From Eledone cirrhosa (Eukaryota): a DNA stretch of 64,000 nucleotides. Shown piece by piece: positions 28,058-45,624 of this stretch (its first letter is position 1; each line of letters begins with the position of its first letter). The notes below the pieces were generated by a model that made no database searches, was not told the origin of the DNA, and was given only the letters and a program-made list of their open reading frames with translations. Made by a program: the position numbers and the translations under genes. The stretch is from the NCBI GenBank assembly GCA_964016885.1, contig OZ024758.1, positions 8,742,001 through 8,806,000 of the forward strand. Direction: 5' to 3'.

Positions 28058-28500
28058 TAAGGAGAATATTTATGTAGAACTGATGAGAAATCTGCAGATA
28101 CACCACCCTGATTACACCTTCAGATTTATGCCTGTGATTATTGGGGCACTGGGATATATTAGTAACTGCCTCAATACAAATTTTGAGAAGCTGGGCTTCA
28201 CAGGAACAGAAAGAACACAACTAGTTAGGAAATTACAAGTACAACCCATTAATGGAACAGTAAAAATATGTAAAACATTCCAAAAATGTTGCATCTAATA
28301 ACTGCATATACACATGTGCACATACAACTCAAAACATACACATCCACACATACAATAACATCCATATCTACACATGCAGACATACATACATATCTACCTA
28401 GTTGATGTTGTGAAAATTCCAATGAGAGAGTCTTGTGTCTATGTTAGAAACCGACTCTCTCTCTATTGGGAAAAAATGTGAAATTATAAAACCAGAAGAA
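28058..28500 (+). mobile_element. Non-LTR retrotransposon 3' fragment (restriction-like endonuclease C-terminus plus 3' UTR; R4/Dong-like) inserted in (TACA)n
   Basis: KENIYVELMRNLQIHHPDYTFRFMPVIIGALGYISNCL...LQVQPINGTVKICKTF matches the K...Y..L...PV.IGALG RLE end; CATA repeats on both sides. Confidence 0.75.
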
Positions 28501-29740
28501 CATACATACATAATACATACATACATATAAACACACATATACATACATGCATACATATATATATATATATATATATATACAGTTTAATGATAATGTCTAG
28601 CTTTCTCCTATCCTCGGTAATTCTGAAAATAACAAAGCATTGCCCTTCCTTCCATGCCCTGACAGTCAATAGTAACATATAAACATTAAACACACAAACA
28701 ATCTATATTATAATAATTGCACTGCCTTTTCGTCCGTCTGTCACACAAACGCTGTTCTCTGTCAAAAACCTTCAATAAAGAATATTTAGAATTCATGAAA
28801 CAAATGTAAGTCAATGAAGTAGGGGGGGGGGGGGGGGGGGGAATGTTCTAAATATTTCAAAAAATATACACGCATTACCTCGCATGTCTTTAACACCAAC
28901 ATCAGTGTATATATGTATATACGGCACTAGAACATACACTTATACACATACACACAGTTACACACATGCACACACTTATACACACATACACACAAATATA
29001 GATCGAGGAATTATATAAATTCCTCTGACTAAAGAAATATCTCTTTCTTTCTCTCTCTCTACATATATATATATATATATATAATGTGTGTGTAAGTAAA
29101 TATGCTTACACACACATATATATATACTTACATATATATACTTATATATATATATATATATATATATATACTCTATATAGGTGTGTATGTGGTGTAATAC
29201 ATACATACATACATACATACACACATACATATGTATATACATACATACACACATACACACACACACATACACACACACGCACATACATACACACACACAT
29301 ACACACACACACACACACATACACACACACACATACACACACACATACATACATACATTAGAAATCTAACATGGAAGAAAAAAAAAAAAGGAATATCGTA
29401 TTTTTGCCATCACACCACCTCACTCATTCCCCGCCGCCATCTTGTTATAATTCAGTTAAAAAGTCGTCGAAATCTTTATCTCACAAAGAATAGGTTCGTT
29501 AGAGAAGTCTGCGAGAAAATCTCCTACGATTCCTTAAAATAGCAACCAAAATCAGCATCGAGAAGCTTCCACGTTTGTTTGTTTTCGCCTCCAGATAGAA
29601 AACCGTATCAGGTTTACAAAACTAGGATGAGAGACGGAAAAAAAATGTTTTAATTTAAATTTCATTAGCGTTAATTCGATTTCACTAATAATTTCGTGTA
29701 ATTAACTAGATAAAAAACATAGCATATGTGTATATATGTG

Positions 29741-29787
<47 letters not shown>

Positions 29788-29974
29788 GTAGTGTCCGTCT
29801 ATATGTTAGGGAACACGTGTGGTATGTATATGTCTATATATATATATGTGTGTGTGTGTGATTGTGCACAATATATATATACACGCCAAACATATATATA
29901 TATATAGAGAGAGATAGATAGATATAGATATAGATATATATGTTTGGCGTGTGTGTGTATATCTTGTGCGCAAT

Positions 29975-30012
<38 letters not shown>

Positions 30013-30066
30013 GTGTGTGTGTGTGTGTGTGTGTTTATATATATATATACATATATATATATATAA

Positions 30067-30137
<71 letters not shown>

Positions 30138-30174
30138 AACACACACACACACGTGTGTGTGTGTGTATGTGTGT

Positions 30175-30205
<31 letters not shown>

Positions 30206-30340
30206 ATCGTCTGTGTGAGGGGGCCGGGATTGTTGAATGTGTACACGTGTCAGTGTATTTTTATGTATGTCAGGACATGGTCTGAATTTCTAGAAATACG
30301 TATACCTATGTATATAAGTATGGGTGTATGTATGTGTACA

Positions 30341-30790
30341 GGTAGGTGGGTAGGTAGGTAGGTAGGTAGGTAGGTAGGTAGGTAGGTAGGTAGGTATGTG
30401 GGTGGGTGGGTGGGTGGGTGGGTGGGTGGGTAGGTAGGTAGGTGGGTAGGTGGGTAGGTGGGTGGGTAGGTCGGTAGGTGGGTGGGTGGGTGGGTAGGTA
30501 GGTGGGTGGGTAGGTAGGTGGGTGGGTGGGTGGGTATTTGGGTGGGTGGGTAGGTAGGTAGGTGGGTAGGTAGGTGGGTGAGTAGGTAGGTGGGTAGGTA
30601 GGTGAGTGGGTGGGTAGGTGGGTGGGTAGGTGGGTGGGTGGGTAGGTAGGTAGGTAGGTAGGTGGGTGGGTAGGTGGGTGGGTAGGTAGGTGGGTGAGTA
30701 GGTAGGTGGGTAGGTAGGTAGGTAGGTAGGTGGGTGGGTGGGTAGGCGGGTGGGTGGGTAGGCGGGTGGGTGGGTAGGTAGGTAGGTAGG
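30341..30790. repeat. (GGTA/GGGT)n tetranucleotide tract
   Basis: Direct reading; many GGG runs. Confidence 0.95.
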
Positions 30791-31044
30791 TTTGTATGTA
30801 TCTACGTATGAATATAGACAGACAGACAGACTGACATACAGACAGACAGGCGGGCAGGCAGACAGACAGACAGACAGGCGGGCAGGCAGACAGAGAGGCA
30901 CACACACAGACATATGGAGAGAGAGAGGCAGACACACATACAGGCAGACAGACAGACAGACAGACAGACAGATATACATGCAGACAGGCAAATAGGCAGA
31001 CGATAGACAAACAGAGAGGATAGATAGAGTGACAGACAGACAGC

Positions 31045-31078
<34 letters not shown>

Positions 31079-31102
31079 GAGAAAGATATAATGCGGATGA
31101 TA

Positions 31103-31670
31103 ATAATTGTTTCTACTTTAGGCACAAGGCCAGAAAAATTACCCAGTGTATTACTGGTACTTTACTGGGCCATGCTTTCCATGCTTTCCAGCATAGTTAC
31201 GTCCCTTTACGATCTGAGTTCAAATCCCGCCGAGGTTGACTTTGCCTTTCATCCTTACGGGATCGATAAAATAAAGTACCAGTAATGCACTGGGTAATAC
31301 TGGATGATAATAATAATATACAATGCTATCGTTGCTGTTTGTGTCGTATTTTTCTCATTTATCTTCAACCTAACTTTCCATTAGGGATGGTTTGTTTGTT
31401 TTCTTGTTTGTTTTTTCTGTGATTTTTTTAAATATTTTACAATAATTGGGGTTCTTGTCTGTTTATGTCATTAAAACTATTGCGGTTGATTGGCAGTATC
31501 GGTAGAGGGTCGGACGCCATGCTTTGCAGCATAGAGTTACGGCCCTTTACGGCCTGGTTTTAAATCCCGCCGAGGTTAACTTTACCTTTCATCCTTACGA
31601 GGTTGATAAAATAAATTACCAGTAATACACTGAGGTAATTGCTGGCCCTGTACCAAATGTAGAAAGAGTA
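31103..31670. mobile_element. Cluster of SINE family A pieces (inverted tail plus two + copies)
   Basis: 31103-31162 is a reverse tail; ~31170-31297 and 31482-31670 are forward copies. Confidence 0.75.
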
Positions 31671-31947
31671 ATTAAACCTATTGCTACCACCATTGTACTG
31701 AAGATGTCTTCGTGTAATTCGTCGAAAAGCACAATTTATCCTGTGCCTGCCTGTTCTGTTGTGTCCCAATGTGAACAGGAATGAATAGTTTCAACCTTGA
31801 TGAACTGAAACTGTAGTGATTTCCAGAGGTTGATTGTTTTACGTATAGTTTAACGATACATCGTTTGTATATTTTGGCCTTTGAAACGATCGTAAAACAA
31901 TGGATTAATTATGCACTAAACCTTGTTTTATTTGTCCATAATTCAAC

Positions 31948-31991
<44 letters not shown>

Positions 31992-32128
31992 AACGAGTTT
32001 ATTTATCTTAGTGACTCTATCCTCAGTTAATGATACGGGAAAAGAATTCATTGTTTCAGAGTATCAAATTTTAGGAAGGTCTGTGAAAAACAGCATAGAA
32101 AACATATAAGCCTCATACAGAAGACTAT

Positions 32129-32191
<63 letters not shown>

Positions 32192-32322
32192 GTATATATA
32201 TATATATATATGTATATATATGTATATATATGTATATATATATATATATATGTATATATATGTGTATATATGTATATATATGTATATATATATATGTATG
32301 TATATATATGTATATATATATG

Positions 32323-32354
<32 letters not shown>

Positions 32355-32359
32355 CATAC

Positions 32360-32394
<35 letters not shown>

Positions 32395-32439
32395 AGAATC
32401 TAATAACACTAATTGATTTCGTATCTCTGTGTTTGTTAT

Positions 32440-32476
<37 letters not shown>

Positions 32477-32804
32477 GCATATGTATGTAACTATGTATAC
32501 ATATTTAGACACACATATATACATAACTATATGTCCATATATAATATGTTTATGTGTGCGCCAGTGTATGTTTATTTATTTCTCCCTCTATACGTATATA
32601 TATATATATATATACATACATACACACTTACATACGTATCTACCTACATACATACATACATACATACATACATACATACATACATACATACATACATACA
32701 TAAGATACGTATCTACATACAGACATAACATACGTATCTACATACGTACATACATACTCACATACATACATACACACACATACACACACACATACATACA
32801 TACA

Positions 32805-32860
<56 letters not shown>

Positions 32861-33881
32861 TACATACATACATACATACATACATACATACATACATACA
32901 TACATACATACATACATACATAGATAAGTCCCCTATCTAATCTACATATGGATGGATTGTCTCTCCATTACCGCACACTGACAATTTACGAAAGACTATT
33001 GGCTTATGTAAGTAGGCTGGTATTTTGTTCTGCAACCAATTATAACTGAGGAAGAAAATGTAGGCAATATAGAGAAAGTTAAAATGTAACCCACTCGAGC
33101 ATTGGCGAATCTATTTACTCTTCCTCAAATCATGGATAAGAGGAAGTGAAAGACTGCAGTGTTGTAAAAGTAGTAGTTATATGATAAAGGATAAATTATT
33201 ACTTTGGCACTAGGCCTAGTACGGCACGCATGCTTATCTCGAGGGTACCAACCGCTTAATTTAATTGGCGAGAGCTAGGGCTCGAAACCTGTGAGCTAAC
33301 GGGTAAGCCTCCATTTAGTTGCAGGACCGCTTGAAATAGTAGCCAAATCTACCTCATCCCATTCCCACCATCGTCTTAAAAATTATTAAAAAAAAAATTT
33401 TTTAAAAGGGAAGATTCATTGAACGTGTTGATCCTACATACACTGACTAAAAATAAGCCGTCATGGTCGTGGCTGGAACGTCTGTGACTATAAATATGTT
33501 AAAGGAGGACTGGCTTAAACCTTACTGAAAACATGACTGGCTCACAGCTAAACAATAACATTTGGTTCTCATACTCGGCATCAATGTGTATTTCGCTTTA
33601 TTTTTCCTGGTCACATGAGAAATAATTTCTTTTTCACCAACACATAAAATCTTTGTTTTTTTTTTTTTAAGTGAAATGAGAAAATCTATTTGATCGTGAT
33701 CGAATTAATTCATTTATATTTATCGAATCCTCGAATATTTTGTCTTTGAATTTTCCTGTGAAATCCCCTCTAGTCTTTTCTTTAACTGTAATTACATTAC
33801 GAGTGAGAGGAGTCAATTGTCTTAACAAGTGCTTATAAGTAATAAATACGTGTATTTATTTTAGCTTTTGCTTGTGGCGCG

Positions 33882-34130
33882 CGATGTTGTGACGTCACGC
33901 GATGTTATGACGTCATGTGAACTTATGACGTCATGTGATGTTACGGTTTGGTGTGATTTTATGACATCGCGTGATTTGTGACGACGTCGTGTGAATTTCT
34001 GATGCCACGTGATGTTATGAGATGGTGTGATTTTTTATGATATCACGTGTTCTTGCGATGTGGCATGATTTTATGACGTCACAGGATGTTATGATGTGGT
34101 GGGATTTTATGACGTCACATCATATTATGT
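33882..34130. repeat. Degenerate 18-bp tandem array containing five perfect CRE palindromes (TGACGTCA)
   Basis: TGACGTCA at 33890, 33908, 33926, 34074 and 34110 within GATGTTATGACGTCATGT-like units; a sixth site lies outside the array at 34306. Confidence 0.85.
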
Positions 34131-34539
34131 CGTGTTGGGATATTAGATTGAATGAAAAACGTGATGTTAGCCTGTCGTGCTGTTAACTCATAACAGGGGG
34201 AGACGCAACTAAATCTTTAAAATATTTAGTCCGACACTCCTCTAATTCTGATTTTCATCCAAATTATAAAAGATTATTCATACAAAGCCACCATATTCTT
34301 TTTTATGACGTCAGTCTACAACAGTGTTATGCTCCAGCTTCTGATGTAGGATGTCATTTCTTTTCATCTGGATAGACTGGAGCAATGTAAAATAAAGTGT
34401 ATTTCTTAAGGACCCCAACGTGTAATCCGGTCCGGGAATTGAGCCAACGATTTGGTGATAGTTCACCAAACACTGGAAACACTAGGCCATGCGTTTCACG
34501 GTCGATGAACTGAAATTAATTGCTGGGCACAATGAAGGT

Positions 34540-34800
34540 TCATGGTATAATTGTTAGGATGTTTGACGTTGGATCGTAATGACGTCGGTTCGATTCCTGG
34601 AAATGTTGCTACATTGTGATCTTGAGCAAAACACTTTATTTCACGTTGCTTCAGTATATTAAGCTGAGAGTGAATACCAGCAATAGCTGAGAAGTTAATT
34701 CTGCAATAGACCGGTGTCCTATCCAGGGAGAGTCTTGTACTCTCAGTCACTTAACGCCCAAGAAATCAGAGATAAACACTGGCCTGATGAGTCTTCGACT
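34540..34800 (+). mobile_element. SINE with family-B-type head and a different body; related copy at 11518-11765 (-)
   Basis: GGTTCGATTCC B box, cttgagcaaaacactttatttcacgttgct, and body ...tgtcctatccagggagagtcttgtactctcagtc shared in reverse with 11518-11765. Confidence 0.65.
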
Positions 34801-35119
34801 TAAAACAGAGTTTAACAGTTACGGCAGGTTTAAACCATGTAACCAATATATATATTGTTATTTTATAGTTTACGTTGTTTATTATTTCCAGTCATTCTTT
34901 AATGAATGCTGTAACGTAAGCAGTGAGCTCCCTGTAAACTACACTCTAAACTCTGCTGGTAACCGTTTCACTTGGGAAGGTATGAATATCGTACAATCTA
35001 GCAGTCGGTTCCTCTTTAAATAGAAAGGCATATATTTGTGGTTGCATATGTATGTATATATATTTACACATCTACATACACGTTGGTTACACACTCTGTA
35101 TTTTTACAGATATAACTTT

Positions 35120-35210
<91 letters not shown>

Positions 35211-35285
35211 TGTTTGTCTCTAATATTTCAAGATATCAACCCAGAGAACCAATTAAACAACATATTAAACTTAATCCAAATTCTC

Positions 35286-35376
<91 letters not shown>

Positions 35377-36034
35377 GAACACATATTCTGTATACTTAAT
35401 TTCACTCATAAAGCGTGTTTAAAAGAAACGACATTTACTTAGGGTGCTTCGCGCTTGGATCGAACCTGGAACAAAATGGCTGCCAAGCAAAATTCTTAAC
35501 CATAGACATTTTTGACTATTTCTATACTCATTTATAAAATATACACAATCTATTCCTTCCATTTCATCATCATTATCATTATCATCACCACCACCAAAAC
35601 AACTACCACCATCACCACCACCACCAAAACAACTACCACCATCACCACCACCAAAACAACTACCACCATCACCACCACCAAAACAACTACCACCATGATC
35701 ATCATCATTTTTCTAATGTATATAATGTAGATTTTTTTCTTTTCTTTTCTTTTCTTTTCATTTTCCTTTTTTCTGTCTTTTTTTTTCCAATACTGAAGAG
35801 TTTGCGGGCAATTTCAACACCTAATCCACGGGGGAATTTGTTGTAACGAGCCTTCCAGATAGAAAGCTATGACTAAGGGGAGAAAGAGAATCGGTAAAAT
35901 ATTGTCTATTAAATATTAAAGGAATGAATAGAATAGAAAGTCTCCCCGATATCAATATATGACTGGAGTAATGGGTGCTTCTTCCTCAGTCTTTACTTTG
36001 GCTTGCTAATAATGGGAAAACTATCAAGAAAAAA

Positions 36035-36367
36035 TGGTGGAGCATTGGCAGAGTCGTTAGAAAGTCGGGTAGAGTGTTTTGCGGTATTCGTTTCGGCTCT
36101 CTGCTCACAGAGTTCAAATCCCACTAAGGTCAACTTTGCCTTTCATCCATTCGAGGTCGATAAAAAAGTACCAGTCAAGTACTGGAGAAGATTCCTCCTC
36201 TATATCACTTTCTCATTTCCTTTCTCTCACTCTCTCTATTCTTCTCTGGAAGAAATCTGCTGTATTCACACCTGGAGGGGGGATGGGCTCCGCCATGTTT
36301 AAAATGCCATAGAAACACCATATGTCAATATAGCGCCCCTGCGACTCTCTCGGGAGTTACGGGACCT
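36035..36367 (+). mobile_element. SINE subfamily A2 (family A head and core with a different, longer tail)
   Basis: Tail ...tctggaagaaatctgctgtattcacacctggag...gagttacgggacc is shared with 6740-6977 (+), 24014-24335 (-) and 58689-59010 (-). Confidence 0.8.
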
Positions 36368-36743
36368 AAAAACAAATTCAAGGAAAAGCAAAAAATATGA
36401 TTCAATTTTTGTCGTCAGAACTTCTATGCGGTTGCTCGAACTGCTTGAAAAAGTAGCTAAATCTTCCTCAAATTATACTCTGCCGTAATAAAATGGCTCG
36501 GTTTATGTCATCATGGACCAACGAGAGAAAACCTGAAATAGGTCAGTCGAGCTTCTTGAAATAGTAGTCAAATCTTCCTCAAATTACACCCTGTCATCAC
36601 AAAAGAAAACTATCTGGAGGTGGTAATATATAAAACAAATGGACGGCCATGACTAGTGTACCTGTTCAACGACAACTCTTGGCCTTTTTGGTGTTTATTT
36701 TCTGATTGAGATTCTCATAAACTACGTATTGAACATTATGATT

Positions 36744-36930
36744 AGGTGGATTGGCAGTATCGGTGGAGGGTCGGACGCCATGCTTTCCAGCATAGTTACG
36801 TCCCTTTACGATCTGAGTTCAAATCCCGCCGAGGTTGACTTTGCCTTTCATCCTTACGGGGTCGATAAAATAAAGTACCAGTAATGTACTGGGTAATTTC
36901 TGGCCTTGTGCCTAAAGTAGAAACAATTAT
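36744..36930 (+). mobile_element. SINE family A copy (little diverged)
   Basis: Nearly identical to the reverse complement of 46957-47128. Confidence 0.85.
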
Positions 36931-37063
36931 GATTAGGTTTCTCTATTGAAACACTCTTATATAAGACATAAACTTCCTTGTATCTATCGAGGTAATGGAA
37001 GATATCTTTGAAGTCTAATTACAATCAGCCGAATGATACATGAGTAATTAGATAGAGTGGGTG

Positions 37064-37107
<44 letters not shown>

Positions 37108-37197
37108 AAGGTAGATAGGAAAGTATAGATATAAATATGTATGTAAGTAAATAGATAACTAGATAAATACATAGTTAGGTAAATATAGAGATAGATT

Positions 37198-37247
<50 letters not shown>

Positions 37248-37380
37248 TGCTAAAAGGATTAGACGTTTCTAGTTTGTATAACAGTGTGTGGGAATATATA
37301 GGATTCTATGTAGATATGTTTCTATATTTTCCTTAATAAAAAAAAATGCTGCAGCAATAGTTGTTGTTGGTGTTGTTATT

Positions 37381-38150
37381 GTGTGGTGGTGGTGGTGGTG
37401 GTGGTGGTGGAGTACTGGTGGTGGTGGTGGTAGTGGTGTCACTGGTACTGAAGGTGGTGGAGTACTGGTGGTGGTGGTGGTGGTGATGGTGGTGATGGTG
37501 GTGGTGTTGGTGGTGGTGGTGGTGGTGGAGTACTGGTGGTGGTGGTGGTGGTGGTGGCGGTGTCACTGGTACTGGTGGTGGTGGAGTACTGGTGGTGGTG
37601 GTGGTGGTGATGGTGGTGATGGTGGTGGTGGTGGTGGTGGAGTACTGGTGGTGGTGGATATGGTGATTGGGGTGGTGATAGTTGCGGTGGTGGTTGTGGT
37701 GCTGGTAGTGGTGGAAGCGGTGATGGCGGTGGTGATGGTGGAGGTGGTGATGGTGGAGGCGGTGATGGTGGAGGCGGTGATGGTGGTAATGGTATTGGTG
37801 GAGGTGGTGGTGGTGGTGGTGATGGTGGTGGTAGTGATGGTGGTGGTGGTGGTGGTGGTGGTGGTGGTGGTGGTGGTGGTGGCGGTGATGGCGGTGGTGA
37901 TGGTGGAGGCGGTGATGGTGGTGGTGGTGGTGGTGGTGGTAGTGATGGTGGCGGTGGTGGTGGTGGTGGTGGTGGTGGTGGTAGTGGTGGTGGTGGTAGT
38001 GATGGTGGCGGTGGTGGTGGTGGTGGTGGTGGTGGTGGTGGTGGTGGTGGTGGTGTAGTGGTGGTGGTGGTGGTGGTGGTGGTGGTGGTGGCGGTGATGG
38101 TGGTGGTGGTGGTGGTGGTGGTGGTGGTGGTGGTGGTGGTGGTGGCGGTG
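37381..38150. repeat. (GGT)n trinucleotide low-complexity tract
   Basis: Direct reading. Confidence 0.95.
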
Positions 38151-38467
38151 CTGTTGTAATTTTAACATCATTGGTAAAAGCGGAGATTCAGATTGCATTA
38201 AGTTGTGAATATTTAAAGAGTTACTGCATCAAATGAAACTCATCGGGAGTGAGCAGCCAATCAGCTTCGGCGACCTATATGTGTGATGGTGTGTGTGTGG
38301 GGGGGGGGGGGGGGGGGGGGGCTGTTTGTGTGTGTGTGTGTGATGGTGTGTGTGTGGGGGGGGGGCTGTTTGTGTGATGGTGTGTGTGATGGTGTGTGTG
38401 TGTGTGTGTGTGTGATTGTGTGTGATGGTGTGTGATTGTGTGGGTGTTTGTGTGTGTGTGTGTGATG

Positions 38468-38528
<61 letters not shown>

Positions 38529-39000
38529 ATTGTGTGGGTGTGATGGTGTGTGATTGTGTGTGTGTGATGGTGTGTGTGTGTGTGATTGTGTGCGTGTGAT
38601 GGTGTGTGTGTGTGTGCGTGTGATTATGTGTGTGTGTGATTGTGTGTGTGTGATGGTGTGTGATTGTGTGTGTGATGGTGTGTGATTGTGTGTGATTGTG
38701 TGTGTGTGGTTGTGTTGTGTGTGAGTTCGTCTGTGTGTGTGATTGTGTGTGTGATTGTGTGTGTGATTGTGTGTGTGTGGTTGTGTTGTGTGTGAGTGTA
38801 TGAGTTGTGTGTGAGTTCGTCTGTGTGTGTGATTGTGTGTGTGATTGTGTGTGTGTGTGTGTGTGTGTGGTTGTGTTGTATGTGTGTGTGTTCTGTGTGT
38901 TGTGTGCGTGTGTGTGTGCAAATGGTAGGGTGATTACGTTTGTCTTTGCATATATACGTATGCATGAGTAATGTATACAGATGCACAATCACAAATACAC

Positions 39001-41181
<2,181 letters not shown>

Positions 41182-41725
41182 ATAAAATATATATTAAATT
41201 GTATATAGTTGCAAGAAAGAAAGACAAAGAGAAAGAATTGTGGTACTGGTGGAATAACAGAATAAATGTTTGATAGAATAAAAGAAAGAAAAACATCATG
41301 AAAGATGCTACACCGCCGCCATTACTGCTGCCATCACCGCCGCCATTACTGCCGCTATCACTACCACCATCACTACCACCATACCACCACCATCACTACC
41401 GCTATCACCGCCGCCATCCCTACCGTCGCTCTAACAGTGGTGTGGTAATCAGTTTATCTCTGTATTTCATCTGCCGGCAGTTTACTGTTAACGACACAAC
41501 TACCCTCTGGCGGAACAATATAGTACTAACATCTATAATGTTTGAATTATTTTCAATAGCTGGGTTTTTGTTGTTTGTTTTTTTCTTGTTTTGTTTTGGT
41601 TTCTTTTTTGTGGGGGTTTTTTGTGTAATGTACTAAGTTTCATAGTAAAGTCTAAGTTATGCATAATATATATATATATGAAATAATTATCTTATGTTGT
41701 TTATTACATAACTATATAATATATA

Positions 41726-41789
<64 letters not shown>

Positions 41790-42471
41790 TTAAAACAATG
41801 AAATAAAAAATCAAGTCATTAGAGATATACTTCACTGTTTACGATCGTTTCTAGATGATGATAATACATTGTAGCTATACTCGTTATTGATCTATGTAAG
41901 GTTAGTTAAAAAATATCAGATAAAGAGAATATTTACTTACATGCATATCACCACCTGTTTTCAAAAGCAATAATAATTTTATTCAATAATAATTTTATTC
42001 AGAATTAGTAGTATGTTAGTATCATGTCCTTATTTGGAGGTAGTTGAAGAACTAACGAATCAAATTGTTTTTTTCATATGGTGTTAAGATGAAAAGTAAT
42101 ACACTTTAGTTGAGGTCATGACCCTTTGAAAGGAATGGTTGAATGGTGATATGCATGTAAGTAAATATTCTCTTTATCTGATATTTTGTAACTAATCTTA
42201 CATAGATCAATAACGGAGTATAGCTACATTGTATTATCATCATCTAGAAACGATCGTAAAGCAGTGAAGTATATCTCTAATGACTTGATTTTTTTATTTC
42301 ATTGTTTTAACTTACATCATGACTCTGTTCTCCTTTTAATGTTCTATTGTTTATCGGGATTTATCTTAACCTACAACATTTTCAACATATGGATTACATC
42401 GAGTTCTTCATGCAGAATAGACCCCACAACTTACTGTGGATACCTCTGTGTCTATATATATATAGAGAGAG

Positions 42472-42604
<133 letters not shown>

Positions 42605-42645
42605 ACATATATATAAATATATATGTATATATATATGTATATATG

Positions 42646-42706
<61 letters not shown>

Positions 42707-42775
42707 ATTTATATATATATATATATATACATATATATACATATATATACGTATATATATATATGTATATATATG

Positions 42776-42838
<63 letters not shown>

Positions 42839-42922
42839 ATTTATATATATATATATATATACATATATATACATATATATACGTATATATATATATGTAT
42901 ATATGTATATATATATATATAT

Positions 42923-42989
<67 letters not shown>

Positions 42990-43033
42990 AATAACAGGAG
43001 GCTCTGACGGTGTAAATCCTTGAAAGGTTTATT

Positions 43034-43091
43034 ATACTATGATCATTTCAATGACCGGGTTCAGTATGAATCCGGTGATATCATCAGGTAT
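43034..43091 (-). ncRNA. Type-I hammerhead ribozyme motif
   Basis: Reverse strand: atac CTGATGA t atcaccgg...ccggtcat t GAAA tgatca TA|gtat, with palindromic stem III ATGATCAT. A decayed inverted sister lies at 40022-40079 (+), where GAAA is mutated. Confidence 0.72.
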
Positions 43092-44814
43092 TCGAAATAT
43101 AACAAAGAATATAACAGATAAAATCCATGGGGCTGAAAATCAGAGACATGAGGACGACTGACTATTTAGCCACTTCTACTTCAGTCGATATATATATGTG
43201 TGTGTGTGTATGTGTGTATATCGATGTTAAGAAAATATAAATACATTAGAACAGTAAGAAAATTAATGTTTCTTGTCTTCCATTGTATTTAAACATATAT
43301 TTACACTCCACTGTACCAACTGTTTTCCTTTTAAAATGTTCTTCTGTTTGTAATGAAAATTAACTGAGCTTTGTCTGAGCCAATGACATGTTCTCTATGG
43401 TTATGACTCTTTGCATTACAACAGTGATGTTATTATACTAACTACAAGGGTTATTAAACACCAGAAGTCAATAAGTTTCTATCCTTGAGCCGTCGTCTTT
43501 AAAAGAAGAGAAAGCTACATTTAACAATGTTGTCAAAGATGCATTGCCTTTGAAACAAGTGGGATTGTCGCGGTTGGAATGCTTTGGGAGATGTGGAGGC
43601 TACTAGATTTAACGTAGGAGCATCTACTTAGTCAATTATAATGCTAGAAATAGCAATAAAATCTCCATGAAACCACTCTGGATAAATTCCGAGATACAAT
43701 TTATTTCATTTTAAAATGGTTGGTCACGGTTATAATGCCTTTGATCATAGTTACAGGGTTACTTCTGGGGTTAAACAACAATAACAATGACATCAATCCT
43801 TATATTGTGTAATATATTTTGTAATATATTTTTTTGTGTAATATATATATATATATAAATATTCTATAGCTGTTGATCGCGAATAGATGGCTGTCGTTTA
43901 TTTATCTATTATTTCTTCATAGGTGCCTTTTAATCTTATAGCCTGGTTTAATTGGTTTTTTGTGTGGTTGATTATGCTGATTGGGAGAGAAAATAGTGTA
44001 TATATCTTATCAAATGATTCTATGGACATAATTTATAGTATATATATATATATATATATATATCATTGTGTAAAATGGAAAGAGAGATGTATTTTAACTT
44101 TAATTATATCTCATAAAATAATACAACTGGCTTTTCCACATAATACATATTGTTAACACCCCAAACACTTAAATTGGGTTTATATTAAAATATAACCTAA
44201 TGTTTGTTGAGTGAGATGGTTGCCAGTCAGAGTTTAGCTTTAAACTATCTCTGTTATTGTATTAAATATCATTGTGTAATATATTTTTTTCATGTTTGCT
44301 ATTGTTTCATCCAACTCCGTTCAACTGGCAGACCTGTCAGTTGAAAAGTGGAGTTAATCTTCAATGACCCTTACCCCCCGACCAGCAGTCTTGAGACTTA
44401 GAAGCCGTACACCCGTGGCTGCCAAATTAATTTAGATTTAGTGAAGCAATTGTCTGGCAGATTAGAATTTCTAGTTAGGAGACAGTCGCAGATTATTATA
44501 GAATGTGGCAGAAAGTGAGGTTGGTCAACAGAATTTGACAAGATATGGAGTAATGTCGGAGAAATGACAGATAATGTCACAGATGATTATGTAATAGCGA
44601 AAAAACGGGAAAATACGAAAGGTACCGACTAATAAAAGTGAGGATCATACATGGTAGAATTATCAATTGGTTGACTTGAATTTCTAACATACAAACATAT
44701 TCTTGTGTCTCTTATGTTTATAGCTATCAATGTATATAGTATCATTAAGACCAGTCAACCTTGAGCTGGCCTACAACTTGGATATCTCTACCAAGTTATT
44801 ACTACTATTATATG

Positions 44815-44895
<81 letters not shown>

Positions 44896-45092
44896 AACCA
44901 GTAAGATCCCGGCGGCTGAGCTCAAGCCGTTTCGACGGCTAATTAACTACGTTAAGTCCAGAATTAGCCGTCGAAACGGCTTGAGCTCAGCCGTCGGGAT
45001 CTTACTGGTTCCTATTACCCACTCTACTACCCTAAGTATTGAGTACTTTGGTGCGTTATGGTCCACCTGGTTCCTTACCACATTTCCTTCGT

Positions 45093-45235
<143 letters not shown>

Positions 45236-45318
45236 TATATATAATATATATAATTTTGAGTATGTGTTGGTTGTTTACCGACACTTCAGTATGTAGGTTG
45301 GAGCACACAAACACACAA

Positions 45319-45367
<49 letters not shown>

Positions 45368-45530
45368 TATATACATATATATATATATTTATTAAAATAA
45401 CAGATTAAAGTTTAAACAAAGAATCGCTGCTTTCACCCTTAACGAGATCTTCTGAAACTTTTAATAAATATTTGCTCTACGGTTCTTATATATTTGATAT
45501 ATATTTTGTCTTCGAATTTATTATTATTAC

Positions 45531-45624
<94 letters not shown>

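Noticed and set aside
34784-34810. CTGATGA near 34784 as a ribozyme core
   Set aside because: It lies in a SINE tail and lacks the downstream GAAA and stems.
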